This document shows positions 58,971 to 64,000 of a stretch of 64,000 bases of DNA, in pieces (within the stretch, counting starts at the first letter, position 1; each line of letters begins with the position of its first letter). The translations under genes and the position numbers were made by a program. Below the pieces are notes generated by a model. The model was not told where the DNA came from. It saw only the letters and a program-made list of their open reading frames with translations, and did no database searches. The DNA is from a virus, in IMG/VR virus record IMGVR_UViG_3300032323_002909, positions 86,462 to 150,461 of that record; one strand, 5' to 3'.

Positions 58971-61178
58971 ATGAAATTCGATAAATTGTATGAATTGGCA
59001 TTGGAAGCAGCGAAAAATTTTGGAAGTCCAAAAAATATCGGTGGTGGTAGACTGCAAGGCGTTAAACAATCCACTACACCATCAGGATTTGTATCTAGTT
59101 CCGTAGGTAAGTCTGATAATTTTCAAGAAAGAGTGCCAATTGATCAAAAAAATAAAAAAGGTTACGATCCACGTGCATCAGCTAAACAAAAAAGACAAGG
59201 TATTGAAGTAACTGATGACATTACTGGTGAAACTATTGCTCGTAAAAAAACTGATTTTGAAAAAGGAAGCGTATTTGCTTTAGAAGGTCAAAAGAGTCAA
59301 GCTCTCTTCAATGCATTTGCATTGCTGCACAATTATTCAGGATTCCAAGCGGAAATGAATGAAATTATTAGCGATCTCGGTAACGCTCAAACCATCAATC
59401 AAAAAGATGAAAAAGATTTAAAAAATCTTCGATTCAACATTACTCAGAAGCAAGGTAAAGCAGAAATGCTGAGAGATAAAATCGCAACATATCAAAAAGT
59501 TATTGATAGTTATAACGAACCAGAAGAGGTGAAAGTAAAAACTTCTGAAGATCTGGCAGATCTTGAATCGTTATATGATACCAATTTTAAAAATCTTAAA
59601 AAAATCAAGGGTGGATCAAAATTGGTAAATTTCCTCAATACGTTGGAAAATTTAAAAATGCAGAAGTTGTCTATTTTAAAAAACTTCACATCGAAAACAT
59701 CACAATATGAAGTAGAGAAAGTTACTGCTAATATTAATCGGTTGGAGAACGATATAGATGAATATCTAGCTTCAAATCCGCAATATAAAAATTATTATGA
59801 TAAATTTATGACATATTCTGATCAGATAGAAGAACTGTCTGTGAAACATGCACATCACAAATTAAAACCCACTGATATATATGGCGAGAAAATCGTTAAA
59901 AAAGATGGTATCGAGGTTAAAAATCTTGGTATTCAAAATATTCTCGACAAGAGTATTGAAAAATTAAAAGAATTAGAAGGTGATCCAGAAAGCGAAGATG
60001 AAGATGAAGTTAAAGGTTCTATACAAAAAGATAAAGATGCTTTAGCTGCGCTTGAGCGATATACTTCTCGCGTCACTGCCTTCAACGAAAAATTGAATGA
60101 TAAATGCGTTGACAAATTTAAAAATTTAGTAGTTGATAGTGCTAAAAATATTTTAAGATCTAAATTTGAAAACGCTGATATTGCTATTGTAGATAATGAT
60201 GAAATTGATTGGACATCTACCTTACCTACCAGAGAAGACATGTATAATATATTGGTTAAGTTGTCGATGAATGATAACAACAATCCAATTTTTAGATTTG
60301 TTGATTCTATCGATAATTGGTATTACGATCAAAGAACTGATACTGAAACCAGAGGCGCGATGCGTTATGATATCAACAGAGCTATGAGTGATAATGAAAA
60401 TATCACCGTAATGAGAGATAAAGAAAGTCTACCATTCTTTAGAATAGTTAATTATTACAAAGCAGTTAAAATCGGCACTATGCCTATTAGTGATGCTATT
60501 ATGAATGATAATTTTAGAAAAGCTTATCGCCTTTTCTATACTATTTGTAATGTTGATGGTGATCAATCTGCAAGATGGAATAATGGTTCTATTAAATTAA
60601 AACTCAAAACGTTGCTGGGTATTGATAGTGGATTAAATCTTGATACTAAATCTGCTTTGAGCATGGGAGAAGCTATCAAAGATCATCGACGTATTGCATA
60701 CGAAAAATATATCGATAGTCCATATGATAAAAGAGGTATCGGTTCTTTCAAGAAATTGTTGTCCATGGTTGATGCAGATTTAAGATCTGATTATCCAAGA
60801 CAATTTCAAGCCATGCGTCCTAAAATTATCGGAAAGACTGTTACCGAATCGTTCGATCAAGCTGCGAACAGAATCGCATCATCTCTTATTAATTTTGACG
60901 CAAATGATTTTGTAATTGATTTACAAGAAGTTAAAACTTTATTGGAAAAGAAATGCACAGGACCGACTAAAAAAGCATCTAGCGACCGTAAAGGCAAAAA
61001 ATGGACTAAATGTGCAAGACAACCAGACGGATCGTATAAACGCATACATTGGGGTCAAGCAGGTGTTAGGGTAGGAAAAGACAATCCCAAACGGAGAAAG
61101 AGTTTCCGCGCAAGACACAAGTGTTCAAGTGCTAAAGCGGGTAGCGCGAATGCTCAAAGTTGTAAAGATTGGGGTTAA
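58971..61178 (+). CDS. Large coiled-coil late protein with basic C-terminal module
   Basis: TAAATA-N5-ATG; MKFDKLYELALE|A; C-terminal IHWGQ...NPKRRKSFRARHKC...CKDW. Confidence 0.75.
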   Translation: MKFDKLYELALEAAKNFGSPKNIGGGRLQGVKQSTTPSGFVSSSVGKSDNFQERVPIDQKNKKGYDPRASAKQKRQGIEVTDDITGETIARKKTDFEKGSVFALEGQKSQALFNAFALLHNYSGFQAEMNEIISDLGNAQTINQKDEKDLKNLRFNITQKQGKAEMLRDKIATYQKVIDSYNEPEEVKVKTSEDLADLESLYDTNFKNLKKIKGGSKLVNFLNTLENLKMQKLSILKNFTSKTSQYEVEKVTANINRLENDIDEYLASNPQYKNYYDKFMTYSDQIEELSVKHAHHKLKPTDIYGEKIVKKDGIEVKNLGIQNILDKSIEKLKELEGDPESEDEDEVKGSIQKDKDALAALERYTSRVTAFNEKLNDKCVDKFKNLVVDSAKNILRSKFENADIAIVDNDEIDWTSTLPTREDMYNILVKLSMNDNNNPIFRFVDSIDNWYYDQRTDTETRGAMRYDINRAMSDNENITVMRDKESLPFFRIVNYYKAVKIGTMPISDAIMNDNFRKAYRLFYTICNVDGDQSARWNNGSIKLKLKTLLGIDSGLNLDTKSALSMGEAIKDHRRIAYEKYIDSPYDKRGIGSFKKLLSMVDADLRSDYPRQFQAMRPKIIGKTVTESFDQAANRIASSLINFDANDFVIDLQEVKTLLEKKCTGPTKKASSDRKGKKWTKCARQPDGSYKRIHWGQAGVRVGKDNPKRRKSFRARHKCSSAKAGSANAQSCKDWG

Positions 61179-62010
61179 ATATCCTCACATTTTATCATTT
61201 CTTTGATTCTAAATCCTTTTGATTTACTAGGAGATCCATTCTTTTTAATTTTTTTAAAAGTTCTTCGCAATCCTTTATAATCCAAATTATATTTTTTACA
61301 GAAAACAACCATTTTATCTACCCATATTTCATCACCATTTGGAAAAACTACCAAATATTTGTTGGAAGTTTTTTGGATTTTTTTCGAATTATTTTCGCGG
61401 AAAGATTGTAATCTTTCAATTTCTAATAGTTTTTTTCTAGTGTTGTCGTATTTTAAATTATACATGTCTATCCATTTGGAAATCGTGTTTCGGTCTCTGC
61501 CTAATTTTTCAGCAATTTCTTTTATTAGAAAATTATTTCCCAGCATCTTTTCAATTTCTAAAACTTCTTCAAAATTCTTTACATACAAATTATCATAATA
61601 TGTAATATTTCTCTTTTTTCGCATCTCATCCACTTTATCTTCGCCGTAAATTTTTTTTATCATATCTAAAGACGGTGGTTGATTTCCACCATCGGAAAAA
61701 TTGAATAATATACCTGTATTATCACATCGTTTTCCGTATTGTTTGATCAATTTTTTTTCAATTTTAAAAGCTTCACTTTCTGTCAATCCATCATACAATA
61801 TTTCACCTTTTAAATTTTTATTTTTATTTTTTAAATTTTTGAATTTACATTCTAACATATAACTATGTAATTTCTTACATTCTAAAGAATATCTTTTAAT
61901 TCTTCTTCCAGAACCTTTCCCAATATAAAAAGGTAAATAATTACCTTCTTCAAATAACCCATAAACATAATATTTATTTATCATAATAATATTTAGCTTG
62001 TAAAGATTGG
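61160..62010. mobile_element. Free-standing endonuclease insertion flanked by 13-bp direct repeat
   Basis: TTGTAAAGATTGG at 61160-61172 and 61998-62010. Confidence 0.65.
61175..61984 (-). CDS. GIY-YIG (LEM-3-like) homing endonuclease with HTH
   Basis: YYVYGL...PFYIGKG...R, E.EA..IE..LI..YG, L.N...GG, then HTH IKEIAEKLG..RNTISKW. Confidence 0.8.
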   Translation of the reverse strand: MINKYYVYGLFEEGNYLPFYIGKGSGRRIKRYSLECKKLHSYMLECKFKNLKNKNKNLKGEILYDGLTESEAFKIEKKLIKQYGKRCDNTGILFNFSDGGNQPPSLDMIKKIYGEDKVDEMRKKRNITYYDNLYVKNFEEVLEIEKMLGNNFLIKEIAEKLGRDRNTISKWIDMYNLKYDNTRKKLLEIERLQSFRENNSKKIQKTSNKYLVVFPNGDEIWVDKMVVFCKKYNLDYKGLRRTFKKIKKNGSPSKSKGFRIKEMIKCEDI

Positions 62011-62093
62011 TATAAATTGAATTTTATTGTAAAATATTATCATGTTGAAAAAAATAAAATCTCGGAATGATGATTTATCCATTAAATAATTAA

Positions 62094-64000
62094 GTGGACA
62101 CTAATGAATTATTAATACAATTACTCGGACACCTTAAAAAATCTGATGATGCTAAAGGTGTTGAAGCAGAGTCTTTATCCGATAAAAATATTGTTGATAA
62201 CAAATTTGATGATTTGGGAGTAGAATCATCGCGAGGTAAAAGAAAATTGAATAGTGTTGCTGAAATTTTTGCTGAAAAATTTTTTCAAGTTCAAAAAAAA
62301 TATACCAAAGACACTGCACTCAAAACATCAGTACAAAGAATAACACCCAAAATAATATCGGAAAAAGGACAGACTGGTGACAATTCTGGTTTGAAAAAAC
62401 TCGATAAAAAATGGTGGCTTTTGATAGGTTCTATTGCCGCACTTTTAGGTGGTTTATTTACTGATGGTCCTTGGAAAGGAACATTGAAAATATTGGCAAA
62501 AACTGGATTTGCCATGATTAAGAAAATTTTAGCTACTACAATTGGTAGATTTGTTAATATGGGTAAGATGATTCTTACTACTATCACTGGAATTTTTGGT
62601 GACGGTTTTGTGAATGGTCTGAAAACTATGAAACAAAAAGGGATTGATAAAATAGGCTCAATATTTAAAGGTGGACTCATGGCAAAAATGTTAAAATTTT
62701 TAACACCTGCTTTGAAATTGTTGAAAAGAGTACCTTTAATAGGTAATATAATATCTATAGGTTTCGCTGTTTCTAGGTTCATGCGAGGCGACATAGTCGG
62801 AGGTATAATAGACACCCTCTCAGCATTAACTGGTTTATTGTATTTGGTTCCTGGTGGTGCAGTATTTGCGTTTCCCATTGCTCTAGGTCTGGATGTTCTA
62901 AATGCTATATTAGACGTTAAACAAGCTTCTCCCGAAAACGCTGGTAAAGGAAAGGGAACCATATTATGGGATATGACTAAATCTGTTGGTAAATGGATAT
63001 GGGAAAACTCATATAGTATACCTATCTTAGGCGGTATTAAAAGATTTTCAGATGCTTATGAATTATTCAAAGCTGGTGATTATAAAAATGGTCTTTTCAA
63101 ATTAGGAATGGGTATCGTTGCGCTCGGAGCGGCTCCTATTGTTACTGGACTAGAAATGTTATTAGGACTCTTTGACACCAAACAAGCTGCTTCAGATAAA
63201 AATGGTAAAGGAAAAGGAGCTATGTTGTGGAATATGACCAAATCTGTTGGTAAATGGATATGGGAAAACTCATATAGTATACCTATCTTAGGTGGTATTA
63301 GAAGATTTTCGGATGCTTATGAATTATTCAAAGCTGGTGATTATAAAAATGGTCTTTTCAAATTAGGAATGGGTCTAATTGCTCTCGGAGCGGCTCCGAT
63401 TGCTACTGGACTAGAAATGTTACTCGGACTCTTTGGAAATGAAAAAAATAATGATAAAGAATTGAAACCCAATACAAATTGGAAGTCAGCTGTTAAAAAA
63501 TTAATAATTTCAAGGATGAATGATCTTCCATGGTATTTCAGAAAACCATTGGAATGGTTCGGTATTTTAGATAAAACACCAGATGCCAATGATACGAAGA
63601 CCAATTTTATTAAACCGAAAAATATTGAACCGAAAAAAATTAATTCAATATTCCCTGATATTTTAGATAACATGTCTCTTCATTTTGATTCTTTAAAAAA
63701 ATCTGTCGGAGATGCAGTACCTGACAAAATAAAAGGTATAAAAAACAAAATTTTTGGAATGTTTGATGGTATACAAGAAAATGAAAATTTTTCAGACAAA
63801 GATAAAAGTAAAGGTAAAATATTTGGCGGAATTTTTGGCAAAATATTTGGCAGAAAAGACGAGAGCAATGATGTGCCACCTGACAAAGGTAAGAACAACT
63901 TACTTCCTACGGTAGATAACACTAAAAAGTTAGCCAATGAGATAAAACAAAATGAAAATTTAAATAAACCTGTCGAAAATAAAAATGTATTACCTGACAA
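62094..64000 (+). CDS. Tape-measure-like membrane protein (3' partial; absent from ORF track)
   Basis: TAAATA-N5-GTG; frame open in the stretches checked and at the window end; Gly/Ala/Leu-rich hydrophobic stretches, LKRVPLIG, GDIVGG. Confidence 0.7.
   Translation, partial: MDTNELLIQLLGHLKKSDDAKGVEAESLSDKNIVDNKFDDLGVESSRGKRKLNSVAEIFAEKFFQVQKKYTKDTALKTSVQRITPKIISEKGQTGDNSGLKKLDKKWWLLIGSIAALLGGLFTDGPWKGTLKILAKTGFAMIKKILATTIGRFVNMGKMILTTITGIFGDGFVNGLKTMKQKGIDKIGSIFKGGLMAKMLKFLTPALKLLKRVPLIGNIISIGFAVSRFMRGDIVGGIIDTLSALTGLLYLVPGGAVFAFPIALGLDVLNAILDVKQASPENAGKGKGTILWDMTKSVGKWIWENSYSIPILGGIKRFSDAYELFKAGDYKNGLFKLGMGIVALGAAPIVTGLEMLLGLFDTKQAASDKNGKGKGAMLWNMTKSVGKWIWENSYSIPILGGIRRFSDAYELFKAGDYKNGLFKLGMGLIALGAAPIATGLEMLLGLFGNEKNNDKELKPNTNWKSAVKKLIISRMNDLPWYFRKPLEWFGILDKTPDANDTKTNFIKPKNIEPKKINSIFPDILDNMSLHFDSLKKSVGDAVPDKIKGIKNKIFGMFDGIQENENFSDKDKSKGKIFGGIFGKIFGRKDESNDVPPDKGKNNLLPTVDNTKKLANEIKQNENLNKPVENKNVLPD
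62919..63435 (+). repeat. 261-bp (87-aa) tandem duplication within tape-measure-like gene
   Basis: Two near-identical copies of GKGKG..LW.MTKSVGKWIWENSYSIPILGGI.RFSDAYELFKAGDYKNGLFKLG...LEMLLGLF. Confidence 0.9.

Noticed and set aside
1-64000. Stop-codon reassignment as in some large phages
   Set aside because: Core genes are full length in the standard code; TAA, TGA and TAG all occur as gene ends

Overview
AT-rich 64 kb segment of a large T4-like (myovirus) phage genome read in the standard genetic code. About 1-23 kb is a replication/recombination region: gp46 (5' partial), B-family DNA polymerase gp43, UvsX, a DNA methyltransferase, helicase gp41, a DHH-like protein, SSB gp32, clamp gp45 and primase gp61, interleaved with small late-promoter genes. 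About 24-39.6 kb on the minus strand is a fibre/baseplate block including gp6 and gp25. 39.6-44 kb holds a 17-aa-repeat fibre, a sulfotransferase and a GT9-like glycosyltransferase. 44-54.5 kb holds head-core, neck, terminase, gp3, sheath, tube and hub genes. These are followed by RmlD-like and RmlA sugar-nucleotide genes fused into an operon with clamp loader gp44, a cluster of basic/acidic head-internal-like proteins, a GIY-YIG endonuclease insertion and the start of a tape-measure-like gene. Most notable: (1) two ~93% identical attC-like sites flanking an apparently complete 459-bp integron gene cassette, one attC overlapping the -35 box of the DNA polymerase promoter; (2) a dispersed family of about 14 late genes with a shared N-terminal capsid-targeting/protease-cleavage-like peptide, including a kinase and a GNAT-like protein; (3) a candidate virion glycosylation/sulfation system (three GTs, a sulfotransferase, Rml genes, and L-S-[A/G] enrichment in virion proteins); (4) widespread leaderless promoter geometry. 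All calls come from motif reading by eye; no database searches were run.
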